IMG/VR virus record: IMGVR_UViG_3300030095_005053
Span: 1 to 41,990 of that record
DNA from: a virus
Lineage: Duplodnaviria > Caudoviricetes
Reading direction: 5' to 3' (one strand)
Length of the DNA stretch: 41,990 nt
Made by a program: the position numbers and the translations under genes. Below the pieces are notes generated by a model that did not search any database, was not told where the DNA came from, and was given only the letters and a program-made list of their open reading frames with translations. Positions 17,855 through 24,929 of this stretch are shown here, one piece after another. The number at the start of each line of letters is the position of its first letter. The first letter of the stretch is position 1.

Positions 17855-18382
17855 TCAGTCTTTCATCATCGCGGCGAACCAATCTTCGCGGTAGCGGAAG
17901 TCATCAACGTGAATGTTGCTTTTCCCCATATTGCAGTCATTGCAGAGAATTTGCAGGTTCTCGACGGTTAGCGCCAAATCAGGCCGCTTAGAACGCGGCT
18001 GGATATGATCGACCACAAGATGCCCATACTCGGTATCGCCCGGACGCCAGCCGCAGCACTGGCAACGTTGGCCGTGAATTTTTAGAGCCTCATATCGGAC
18101 CTTTTTCCACTCCCAAGAGGCATAGAATGAGGTGGGTTTTGTCGCGGCGGTTTCTGTGCGTTTGCGCACGGTCTTTTCTTGCGTTTGTTTTTTGTATTTG
18201 CCAGCCAGGATCATGTTAGCCAACTCAATCTTTTCTTGCTTTGTGTGAGGCGGCGCGGCTCCGACGTTCTGGAAAAGAACCGCCATTTTTTGCGGCAATG
18301 AAATCCCGCTCATTGATTTTACGCCTGTGTATTTTCGATATTCTTTGTTCAATTTGCTCATATTGATTTTTGCCGTTCGCAT
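17855..18382 (-). CDS. HNH endonuclease with Lys-rich N-terminal extension
   Basis: FYASWEWKKVRY...CQCCG...VDHIQP...NLQILCNDCNMGKSN. Confidence 0.9.
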   Translation of the reverse strand: MRTAKINMSKLNKEYRKYTGVKSMSGISLPQKMAVLFQNVGAAPPHTKQEKIELANMILAGKYKKQTQEKTVRKRTETAATKPTSFYASWEWKKVRYEALKIHGQRCQCCGWRPGDTEYGHLVVDHIQPRSKRPDLALTVENLQILCNDCNMGKSNIHVDDFRYREDWFAAMMKD

Positions 18383-18735
18383 ATCTTTACCTCTATCCCT
18401 GTGTTTTCCCTTTGGTGGGTCCTGTTATTCAGGCATAGGTCGTCTAACCCCTTCAAAAGAAGAAGCTAGACCCTACGCCCGAACGATCTTGAGCCTTCCC
18501 TTCGGAGCCGCCCCGCCGATCCAAGCCCCATAGATGCCCGCAAAGGCTCTACAGATTATCCGCTACTTTCAGGGTCTTTGCGAACCCTGCCACCCCTACC
18601 GCTTCGGACTTTCGGTCTGCGGTTGCGCCTTGGGTGGACCCCCATCAGTAGCGCCTTCTTTGCCGGACCCAATCTGGGTTTCCTCGAAATCATCCGGCAC
18701 GGCCCGTTTCCGGGTGCGTATGTAGGGGAATATTC

Positions 18736-18765
18736 TTGACCATTGCCCGCGTTTTGCGGTATTTA
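18736..18765 (+). promoter_or_regulatory. Promoter for antisense RNA
   Basis: TTGACC-N18-TATTTA just upstream of hairpin pair. Confidence 0.55.
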
Positions 18766-18770
18766 GTCAA

Positions 18771-18850
18771 TGCAGGCCACATCTTCCCCAAGACGTTTCT
18801 GGTCTGCATGGCGGCGCTTGAGATTGATTTCTCGCGCCGCCGCTTTTTTT
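18771..18850 (+). ncRNA. ~80-nt antisense RNA: two stem-loops plus intrinsic terminator
   Basis: Hairpins 18771-18808 and 18810-18841 (loop UUGAUU), then T7 at 18844-18850. Confidence 0.7.
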
Positions 18851-18876
18851 CTAGCCTATCTTTCTCAGCAATTCAA
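18848..18876 (-). promoter_or_regulatory. Candidate promoter of the long RNA
   Basis: TTGAAT-N17-TAGAAA (alternative TTCGGT-N17-TAGGCT). Confidence 0.45.
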
Positions 18877-18974
18877 CCGAAGTTAAAAGAACGCCCGTTC
18901 AATTAATGTCGCTTGACCGACACCCCACTCCCCGCGCAAAATAATCAGACCACTAACCAAACCACGAGGTCAAA

Positions 18975-19214
18975 ATGAAATATCCATTCACAGTGAAAAT
19001 ATGCGAATTCAACGGCGGCGAAACGGTCATGCCTGCCCAATGCATCGAGGCCCTGCCAAAAACACCAGACAAGCAAAGCGAAACGCCGCAAGCGATCCAT
19101 TTAATTCTTATTCACATTGATGACAGTGAGCCGCCGCACGAAATTACAGAAGGCAAGGTTTACATCATGAATGAAGCTGGCAAAACCGTTGCCCGCTATC
19201 AGATCGGGGAATGA
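18975..19214 (+). CDS. Hypothetical protein (AT-rich, moron-like)
   Basis: GAGGT RBS; VYIMNEAGKTVARY C-terminus. Confidence 0.7.
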   Translation: MKYPFTVKICEFNGGETVMPAQCIEALPKTPDKQSETPQAIHLILIHIDDSEPPHEITEGKVYIMNEAGKTVARYQIGE

Positions 19215-19215
19215 A

Positions 19216-19416
19216 ATGCAGGTCGTGACAAATGAAATTGTGCTTATAGACGGAAAGCATCCAAGCCACGCGTTTTCATTGGCACTAATCGAGTTCTCAA
19301 ACCTTGCCAGACAGGTTTACGTTAATCCAGAGGCGTCACATATTGACGCGATTTTCGCAAAATATCTTGATGATGTCATAACGACATACATTCTAGATAA
19401 ATGCGACATTGACTGA
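19216..19416 (+). CDS. Hypothetical protein (AT-rich)
   Basis: ATG 1 nt after upstream stop. Confidence 0.5.
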   Translation: MQVVTNEIVLIDGKHPSHAFSLALIEFSNLARQVYVNPEASHIDAIFAKYLDDVITTYILDKCDID

Positions 19417-19437
19417 TGCGAAAATTCGCCCTACGCT
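19409..19437 (+). promoter_or_regulatory. Promoter for CCUCCUCCC sRNA
   Basis: TTGACT-N17-TACGCT. Confidence 0.65.
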
Positions 19438-19442
19438 AAACC

Positions 19443-19507
19443 TGTCCTTAGGGCTTGTTTCGTTTCCTCCTCCCAAACTTCGCCCCGGCTTCGGCTGGGG
19501 CTTTTTT
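19443..19507 (+). ncRNA. Small RNA with anti-Shine-Dalgarno CCUCCUCCC loop (cuckoo/CcsR/alpha-r14-like)
   Basis: GUUU-CCUCCUCCC-AAAC followed by terminator. Confidence 0.65.
19482..19507 (+). terminator. Intrinsic terminator
   Basis: GCCCCGGC-UUCG-GCUGGGGC-UUUUUU. Confidence 0.9.
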
Positions 19508-19508
19508 C

Positions 19509-19537
19509 TTGCGATAGGACAAGATTTGTGGAATACT
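19509..19537 (+). promoter_or_regulatory. Candidate promoter of second long RNA
   Basis: TTGCGA-N17-AATACT. Confidence 0.45.
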
Positions 19538-19543
19538 CAAATT

Positions 19544-19890
19544 GTAAGTTGGAGGATTTCCACGGGTCTCGGCCCGCGCTGATTTCCGCCTATATTGGGA
19601 AGCCGTGCCGTGGTGCGGCTTCCCAGCTTACTGCCCTCATATGGGCGCGTCTAGGTCTGGAAGCCGGACCAAACCTTGCAAGTTGGGCGCGTCTTTATGA
19701 GGGCGGCAAGTGGGCAGACCTGATAAGGCATCAGGTAGCGTAGCAAAACAAAAGCCAAACCCGAGCCGTAATGCGGGAGCAATGGCCGCGCTCAACACGT
19801 TCCCGCTATCGCCTGCGGTATCCATGGTTCCGCCGCAAGCGATAGCTCGCCCCGCCAAGCCTCTCTGCGATGCTCACCCCGGCGGGGCGC
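19544..19890 (+). ncRNA. Second long structured non-coding RNA (~350 nt)
   Basis: 13-bp hairpin 19596-19625, long G-U-rich stem 19626-19711, hairpins 19718-19736, 19773-19806, 19805-19846, 19848-19889. Confidence 0.65.
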
Positions 19891-20250
19891 TTATACCGGC
19901 TTCACATACACCAGAACCGCGCCACCCTTAACCGGCTCGCCACGGGCTAGGGTATACGTCCAGCGGCTATCATCGACGCCCGTAGCGTCTGCTATTCCGT
20001 CCAGCGCGCTCTTGATCGCCGCCAGCATGTTGTCGGTATCCCTGCGCGCCTTGTTCGGCGGGCAGAACGTGATTTCCATATGCAGCCGATCACAGCCCAG
20101 CGCGCGGCACCCCATAGCTTGGGAAATGTAGCAGGCATCGCGGCGGTATTTCTTCGCGACTTTGGCTTTCGCCGCCCAATGCAGCCGGGCGTTAGGGGAT
20201 AGCGCAGACGGGGGCCAGTCAAGCCTAAGCAGGTATTCTTTGCCGCTCAC
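19891..20250 (-). CDS. rusA: RusA-like Holliday junction resolvase
   Basis: WPPSALSPN...RRDTDNMLAAIKSALDGIADATGVDD. Confidence 0.85.
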   Translation of the reverse strand: MSGKEYLLRLDWPPSALSPNARLHWAAKAKVAKKYRRDACYISQAMGCRALGCDRLHMEITFCPPNKARRDTDNMLAAIKSALDGIADATGVDDSRWTYTLARGEPVKGGAVLVYVKPV

Positions 20251-20429
20251 TCCACCGGCCCCCTATACCTACGCCCAAACAAAACACCCCGTAGCCTGCC
20301 AGACGCGCGGAGAGCCCGCACCAGACGCCTAACGTCATCTTGGGGTATCTGTAGGGCCACGGCGATATCTTCAGCCCCTAGCCCCCGCCGTAGCATCTTG
20401 CGGGCTTCTATGCGCCATTCATTTGCCAT
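20247..20429 (-). CDS. Small HTH-like protein
   Basis: GLGAEDIAVALQIPQDDVRRLV. Confidence 0.55.
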   Translation of the reverse strand: MANEWRIEARKMLRRGLGAEDIAVALQIPQDDVRRLVRALRASGRLRGVLFGRRYRGPVE

Positions 20430-20689
20430 TAGAACAGGCTCCCCTGTTTAGCGTCTGGTGAACCGTCAGAAACGCTGTCACCGTTGCCGCCCGGTTGTTC
20501 CCCCGCTTGCGTAGCGCCCGCCGCTCTATCAACTCGATGCGCGTCAAGGTGTTCTCGCCACATGCGCTCGACTTCGGCGCGGTGTTCGTAGCATCCCCAC
20601 GCAATCCAGTGAGCAATCCGGTCTTTGCGCAGGCCGGGCGGTTGAAAGCCGAAAGAACCCGGCTTTTGACAAACTCGACAAGGCCCCAT
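20429..20689 (-). CDS. Hypothetical Cys/His protein
   Basis: CRVCQKPGSFGF...WGCYEHR. Confidence 0.6.
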   Translation of the reverse strand: MGPCRVCQKPGSFGFQPPGLRKDRIAHWIAWGCYEHRAEVERMWREHLDAHRVDRAAGATQAGEQPGGNGDSVSDGSPDAKQGSLF

Positions 20690-20690
20690 G

Positions 20691-21026
20691 TCATTCGTCG
20701 CACTCTGCTATAAGGGCGGATAGGATTGCCAAGAGGAATGCACGGGCGGGGTTGTCAGACCTTCCCTTATGCGCCTCGTCCGGCTTGTCCCAAACCGCAA
20801 AAATACCGGCCCCAGAGCCGCCTTCCCAACGCCACCCCGGCAACACAGCGTTGTGAAGGGCAAGAGCGGCGTCGAGTGAGCCCCAATAGGCAAGGTCGGC
20901 AAATCTTTTGTTTGGGCCGTCAAAAACAGACCATCTTCGAAACAATTCAATGGCGTTAATTTCTGGTGGCAACTCCCCCGCCGCCACCTTATCGCGCAGG
21001 TCTGTGAGTGCTTTCTTGCGGGTCAT
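20691..21026 (-). CDS. Hypothetical phage protein
   Basis: GSLDAALALHNAVLPGW...PARAFLLAILSALI. Confidence 0.7.
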   Translation of the reverse strand: MTRKKALTDLRDKVAAGELPPEINAIELFRRWSVFDGPNKRFADLAYWGSLDAALALHNAVLPGWRWEGGSGAGIFAVWDKPDEAHKGRSDNPARAFLLAILSALIAECDE

Positions 21027-21274
21027 GTCGTTGTAACTCCCGGCTCTGCGCGTTCTTGTGCCTCACATTCAAGGTCAAAAATCGCGGATTTCAGCTTGGC
21101 ATTTTCCATGACAAGATGCTGTATCATCGCACCAGTTCCAGCAATGCCGAAAGGCAAAGATTGCCGCCCGCACTTGGGGCATTGACGATAGCGAACGCGG
21201 TCAATGTCGGCCATTAATTCGTGACGGACGCCGCAATCCATGCAAAGATGCATTATCATTCTTTTTTCTCCCAT
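21023..21274 (-). CDS. Zinc-ribbon protein
   Basis: CMDCG...CPKCG; GAGGAGG RBS. Confidence 0.65.
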   Translation of the reverse strand: MGEKRMIMHLCMDCGVRHELMADIDRVRYRQCPKCGRQSLPFGIAGTGAMIQHLVMENAKLKSAIFDLECEAQERAEPGVTTT

Positions 21275-21276
21275 GG

Positions 21277-21429
21277 TTAAATCCTCCTCAGATTGCGCCG
21301 ATGCACGGCCTTGAATACAGACACAACGGATACGCCAAGCCAATCGGCCAAGCTGGCGAGGCTTTCGCCTGTCTGGTATCGTGCGGCAAATTCTGCGCTG
21401 TCGTATTCTGATCGACGGGGGCGGGCCAT
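21277..21429 (-). CDS. 50-aa HTH protein (not in ORF track)
   Basis: MARPRRSEYDSAEFAARYQTGESLASLADWLGVSVVSVFKAVHRRNLRRI; AAGGAGG RBS, TAATG overlap. Confidence 0.7.
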   Translation of the reverse strand: MARPRRSEYDSAEFAARYQTGESLASLADWLGVSVVSVFKAVHRRNLRRI

Positions 21430-21581
21430 TACAGTTCCTCCTTAGACATACGCTTGACTAGCCGCTCAAGGTGATCGCGGATAATCTCTGACAGGTCTTT
21501 GCCGCGCGCTTGTGCTGCCAAGCGAAATGCCGCTTGCTCTTCCTCAGTCACGCGCAATTTGATGAATTTTGTTTTGCTCAT
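21429..21581 (-). CDS. 50-aa ribbon-helix-helix regulator, probably leaderless (not in ORF track)
   Basis: MSKTKFIKLRVTEEEQAAFRLAAQARGKDLSEIIRDHLERL...; ATG 6 nt after -10 box. Confidence 0.75.
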   Translation of the reverse strand: MSKTKFIKLRVTEEEQAAFRLAAQARGKDLSEIIRDHLERLVKRMSKEEL

Positions 21582-21587
21582 GTCGCC

Positions 21588-21659
21588 ACGATACACGGTC
21601 ACGCGTGGCCACGCAAGGCAAAATTACCTGTTGACATTGTGGCCACGTCTTGCGATTGT
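21588..21659. promoter_or_regulatory. Divergent promoters, each containing a GTGGCCAC palindrome
   Basis: Minus TTGCGT-N17-TATCGT (21616-21588); plus TTGACA-N17-GATTGT (21631-21659); palindromes 21605-21612 and 21639-21646. Confidence 0.75.
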
Positions 21660-21697
21660 GTGTGATAGCCGATCAAGGCAAAACACCGGAGGAACAC

Positions 21698-21892
21698 ATG
21701 AGTATTTCCGTAAATATGCACCACGTTGCCGATATGAAAACCTACAGCGTCACCGGCAAAGACACCAAGACCGAGTGGATCGAAATAATCGACCGCGACG
21801 GCAACACGTTCAACATTTTCATGCCGATTGATCTGGCGAGCGCCATTTCCGATGTATTCACGGCGCACAAAGTAACCGAGGCCGCACAATGA
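21698..21892 (+). CDS. Hypothetical protein, first early gene
   Basis: GGAGG RBS, MSISVNMH... Confidence 0.7.
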   Translation: MSISVNMHHVADMKTYSVTGKDTKTEWIEIIDRDGNTFNIFMPIDLASAISDVFTAHKVTEAAQ

Positions 21893-22176
21893 CCAGCCTC
21901 AACACCTTCTTTGCCAAGCGCAACGCACCGCCCGCAAAATTCCGCTGCGGATGCTGTGGCGACGTGCTGGACCGCGAGGATCACATGGGCGATGCTTTCA
22001 CCGAGGCGCAAACCGCCGCCGTGATCGTCGCCTATGGCCCCGAGGTCTGCTTTGGCTGCGCGGATAGCTACCAGCCCGAAACCGAGTGAGACTATTGCGG
22101 TCTCCTGTCCTGCACCTGCGATGATGCCTATGAGGACCGCGTGTCGGATGATCTGCATGAGGAGTATGACGCATGA
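21889..22176 (+). CDS. Cys-rich protein interrupted by in-frame TGA at 22087-22089
   Basis: Frame stays open after TGA (DYCGLLSCTC...) to an ATGA overlap with next gene. Confidence 0.55.
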
Positions 22177-22547
22177 AACTGATTGATGATGTGAAGTCTG
22201 ACGTAAACTTAGCGGCAACGCGAAAAAAGTCTGCTGCGAAGTGGTCTGTCGGTTTGGATGAAATCCCCGGCATTATCTACATCTCGGGACCGGCTCAAAA
22301 ACTGACAATCGTCACGACGGCGACTAACCTTAACGGCGAGGATTTTGTTGCCCGCCATGCAGACGCCCGCCGCATTGCCCGCGTCCCTGACCTAGAGGCC
22401 GCGCTTCTGGCTGCGGATGAATTGGCGGCGGCGATTGACCAAGAGCGCAATATGGTGTGCCAAGATTTTGACGCCCAAGCAAAAAGCGCGGCGGCGGTTG
22501 ACGAAGCCCTTGCCGCATACCGCAAAGCAACCGGAGAAACCAAATGA
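22173..22547 (+). CDS. Hypothetical protein
   Basis: ADARRIARVPDLEAAL; GAGGAG RBS. Confidence 0.65.
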   Translation: MKLIDDVKSDVNLAATRKKSAAKWSVGLDEIPGIIYISGPAQKLTIVTTATNLNGEDFVARHADARRIARVPDLEAALLAADELAAAIDQERNMVCQDFDAQAKSAAAVDEALAAYRKATGETK

Positions 22548-22750
22548 ACATCAAAGGCTATGACGACTGGAAACTCGCAAGCCCGTGGGATGATTGCCAC
22601 GAAATCGGCACCGAGGATGGCCAGACATGCGGGCGGGTTGCAGAACCGGACGAGGATGCGCCGCGCGGATACCGCCCCCGGCCTTGCGGTGGCCTGATGA
22701 TTGAAGCCGATGGTGTGACCATCTGCGAAAGCTGTGGAGAAATAGCATGA
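22544..22750 (+). CDS. Small Cys-motif protein
   Basis: GYDDWKLASP...CESCG; ATGA overlaps. Confidence 0.65.
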   Translation: MNIKGYDDWKLASPWDDCHEIGTEDGQTCGRVAEPDEDAPRGYRPRPCGGLMIEADGVTICESCGEIA

Positions 22751-23022
22751 CCCGTTCACAAGACGAAATGGCGCGCTTGGCGCAATACATCACCGAAACT
22801 TCTGCGCATGACGCGCGGGGGGAACGCATGGCGCACTACGCCGAACTTCGCAGCGGGCGCATGTATCACGGCGAGGAACGGGAACCAATGGCCCGCGCTG
22901 ACTGGTGGATCATCGTTGTATGCGCTGCAATCGCTGGCGCTCTCATTGGCGGCATGACAATGCCAGATGTGCCGATCCCATCCGAGGGGTTTGGGCATGA
23001 ATACTGCAAAGGGAAATGTTGA
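22747..23022 (+). CDS. Single-TM hypothetical protein
   Basis: WWIIVVCAAIAGALIGG hydrophobic segment. Confidence 0.6.
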   Translation: MTRSQDEMARLAQYITETSAHDARGERMAHYAELRSGRMYHGEEREPMARADWWIIVVCAAIAGALIGGMTMPDVPIPSEGFGHEYCKGKC

Positions 23023-23023
23023 T

Positions 23024-23860
23024 ATGACTGACACGAAACACAAGCCTGCGGAAAAGCCGCTCACTGGTCTGGACCTGCTGCGCGCGCCGTTCCCGGCTAA
23101 CCAGATTTCCAAACTCCCCAAGCCCACGAAAGCGCAAACCGACGCCGTGCGGGCGGATTTCAAGAAGGGTATCCGCTGCAAGGTTTGCGGCGCGTGGCAC
23201 CATCCTGACGTTGTGCATCTGGATTACGTTGGTCACGCCGCGCTAACTGACCGCCTGTTAGATTGCGATACCGGCTGGAATTGGGAACCTCTGGCGTTCA
23301 CGGAAAAAGGCACGCCACTGACCGACGAAAACGGCGGCATGTGGATCAAGCTAACCGTGTGCAATGTCACGCGCTTGGGCTACGGCCACCCGGACGGAAA
23401 GAAGGGTGGCGATGCTATCAAGGAACTCATTGGCGATGCGCTGCGCAATGCGGCCATGCGATTTGGCGCGGCGCTTGATCTCTGGCACAAGGGCGACCTG
23501 CATGCGATTGAGGCTGGCGAAACTGAACCTGCGCCTGAGAAGCCGAAAGCGCCGGACACGAAACCAGACGCACCGAAAGACCCGGTGAAAATCTCCGCCG
23601 CTCTGATTGATGCTGTGACCAAGTGCGCCACGTCCGACGATCTAAACGCCGCAATCGGTGGCGCGAAATTTGATGCCGCTTGGAAATGGCTTGCGGATCA
23701 TCACGAGGACCGCAGCCTTGAAGTGCGCCGCGCCGTTGATGCCGCGCGCGATAAGTTTGACGCCAAGCCCGCCGTTGATCTTGGCGGCGACCACATTCCA
23801 CAATTTGAACCAGCCGGACCGGATAGCGGTGACGGCCACGAAGGAGACGGCGCACCATGA
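23024..23860 (+). CDS. Rad52/Sak-like single-strand annealing protein
   Basis: LDYVGHAALTDRL...WIKLTVCNVTRLGYG...KELIGDALRNAAMRFG. Confidence 0.8.
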   Translation: MTDTKHKPAEKPLTGLDLLRAPFPANQISKLPKPTKAQTDAVRADFKKGIRCKVCGAWHHPDVVHLDYVGHAALTDRLLDCDTGWNWEPLAFTEKGTPLTDENGGMWIKLTVCNVTRLGYGHPDGKKGGDAIKELIGDALRNAAMRFGAALDLWHKGDLHAIEAGETEPAPEKPKAPDTKPDAPKDPVKISAALIDAVTKCATSDDLNAAIGGAKFDAAWKWLADHHEDRSLEVRRAVDAARDKFDAKPAVDLGGDHIPQFEPAGPDSGDGHEGDGAP

Positions 23861-24522
23861 CCGACACAAATTACACCTATCTCGATATCGAGACAATTCC
23901 GAGCCAATCGCCCGCGGTGCTGGACAAGCTGCGCGCCGAGGTCAAGGCCCCAGCGCAATACAAAAAGCCGGAAAGCATCAAGGAATGGATTGCCGAGAAC
24001 GCAGACCGCATCGCGCGGGAACAACTTGCTAAGACCAGCTTTGATCCGGCTCATGGGCATATCTGCACAATCGCTTGGGCCAAAGATGATGGTGAGATTG
24101 TTTCTGCGCACGCTGGAACGGTTGAAGACGAGGAAATTGTCTTGCGCGCGTTCTTTTTTGACTTGGATGAATACCACGCGACCACCTTTGTTGGGCACTA
24201 CGTGGGCGGCTTTGATCTGCGGTTTATCCTTTGCCGCGCCGTTGTTCTCGGCGTCAAAATCCCACGCTGCATCCCGCGCGACCCTAAGCCGTGGTCTGAC
24301 CGTATTTTTGACACCATGACCGCATGGGCTGGCCAAAAGGAACGGATCAGCATGGATAATCTGTGCGCCGCTCTTGGCATTGAAGGCAAAGGCGACTTTG
24401 ACGGATCAATGGTCGCAGAGGCTTGGGCAAATGGCGAACACGAAAAGATTGCCGAGTATTGCCGCGATGATGTTCACCGCACCCGCGAAATTCACCGCCG
24501 CTTTCTGGCGGTAGGCTTCTAA
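23857..24522 (+). CDS. PolB-type 3'-5' exonuclease domain protein
   Basis: YLDIETIP, GFDLRFI, YCRDDV motifs. Confidence 0.85.
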   Translation: MTDTNYTYLDIETIPSQSPAVLDKLRAEVKAPAQYKKPESIKEWIAENADRIAREQLAKTSFDPAHGHICTIAWAKDDGEIVSAHAGTVEDEEIVLRAFFFDLDEYHATTFVGHYVGGFDLRFILCRAVVLGVKIPRCIPRDPKPWSDRIFDTMTAWAGQKERISMDNLCAALGIEGKGDFDGSMVAEAWANGEHEKIAEYCRDDVHRTREIHRRFLAVGF

Positions 24523-24547
24523 CCCCCACACCACAGGAGACAGACAC

Positions 24548-24928
24548 ATGACAACGGTATACGAAATGCACAAAGAGGGATGGGACAACCTTGCCAGAAA
24601 CGGGCAACCTGCGCTTGCGGAAATGTCGCGCCACTTTCACAAGATAGCCCATATGGATCAGGCGCTAGGATACGCTGGCGCAATCAAGCATTGGGTGTCT
24701 GGCAAAAACCGCGCCAGCCCAGCCGCTGAATTGAGCGCGCGCCGGTGGCTTGACTTGAACATCAAGAGCGCACCAGCACCGGAAAAACCTATCACCAAGG
24801 GCGCGCCGCCCGCGCCGAAAGAAATCCCAGCTTCTGGGAAGCTGTTTCTTGTCGCGGCCCCTCTTGGGGTTTCCGATAAGGTCGAAAGGGTCTTGGCCAT
24901 GCTTGGCTGTGAAGTAACGGAGGTTTGA
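24548..24928 (+). CDS. Hypothetical protein, possible HTH
   Basis: MDQALGYAGAIKHWVSG; AGGAG RBS. Confidence 0.6.
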   Translation: MTTVYEMHKEGWDNLARNGQPALAEMSRHFHKIAHMDQALGYAGAIKHWVSGKNRASPAAELSARRWLDLNIKSAPAPEKPITKGAPPAPKEIPASGKLFLVAAPLGVSDKVERVLAMLGCEVTEV

Positions 24929-24929
24929 C

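Larger units (their letters stand above)
18400..18850 (-). ncRNA. Long structured non-coding RNA (~450 nt), candidate replication pre-primer or HNH-associated RNA
   Basis: No credible ORF; hairpin 18427-18484 has multiple G-U pairs only on minus strand; CCCG-GAAA-CGGG tetraloop; multibranch closed by 18561-18567/18647-18653; ends approximate. Confidence 0.7.

Noticed and set aside
17855-18382. IscB/OMEGA nuclease
   Set aside because: Only 175 aa with no PLMP or RuvC motifs, and no transposon ends seen.
18606-18650. Hammerhead-like CUGAUG...GGUC/GACC-GAAA on minus strand
   Set aside because: A9 is replaced by G with an extra base, and no stem III/UH site can be built.
18662-18698. Second hammerhead-like GAAA-CCC...GGG-UC
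   Set aside because: Core lacks CUGANGA and stem II; stem I register fails.
18327-18725. Plus-strand ORFs 18327-18533 and 18534-18725
   Set aside because: No RBS, Pro/Ser-rich shadow translations; strand-specific G-U pairing points to a minus-strand RNA.
19544-19890. tmRNA, tRNA or protein-coding explanation
   Set aside because: No acceptor/T-arm signature or tag reading frame; overlapping ORFs 19528, 19637 and 19710 lack a convincing RBS and protein-like composition.
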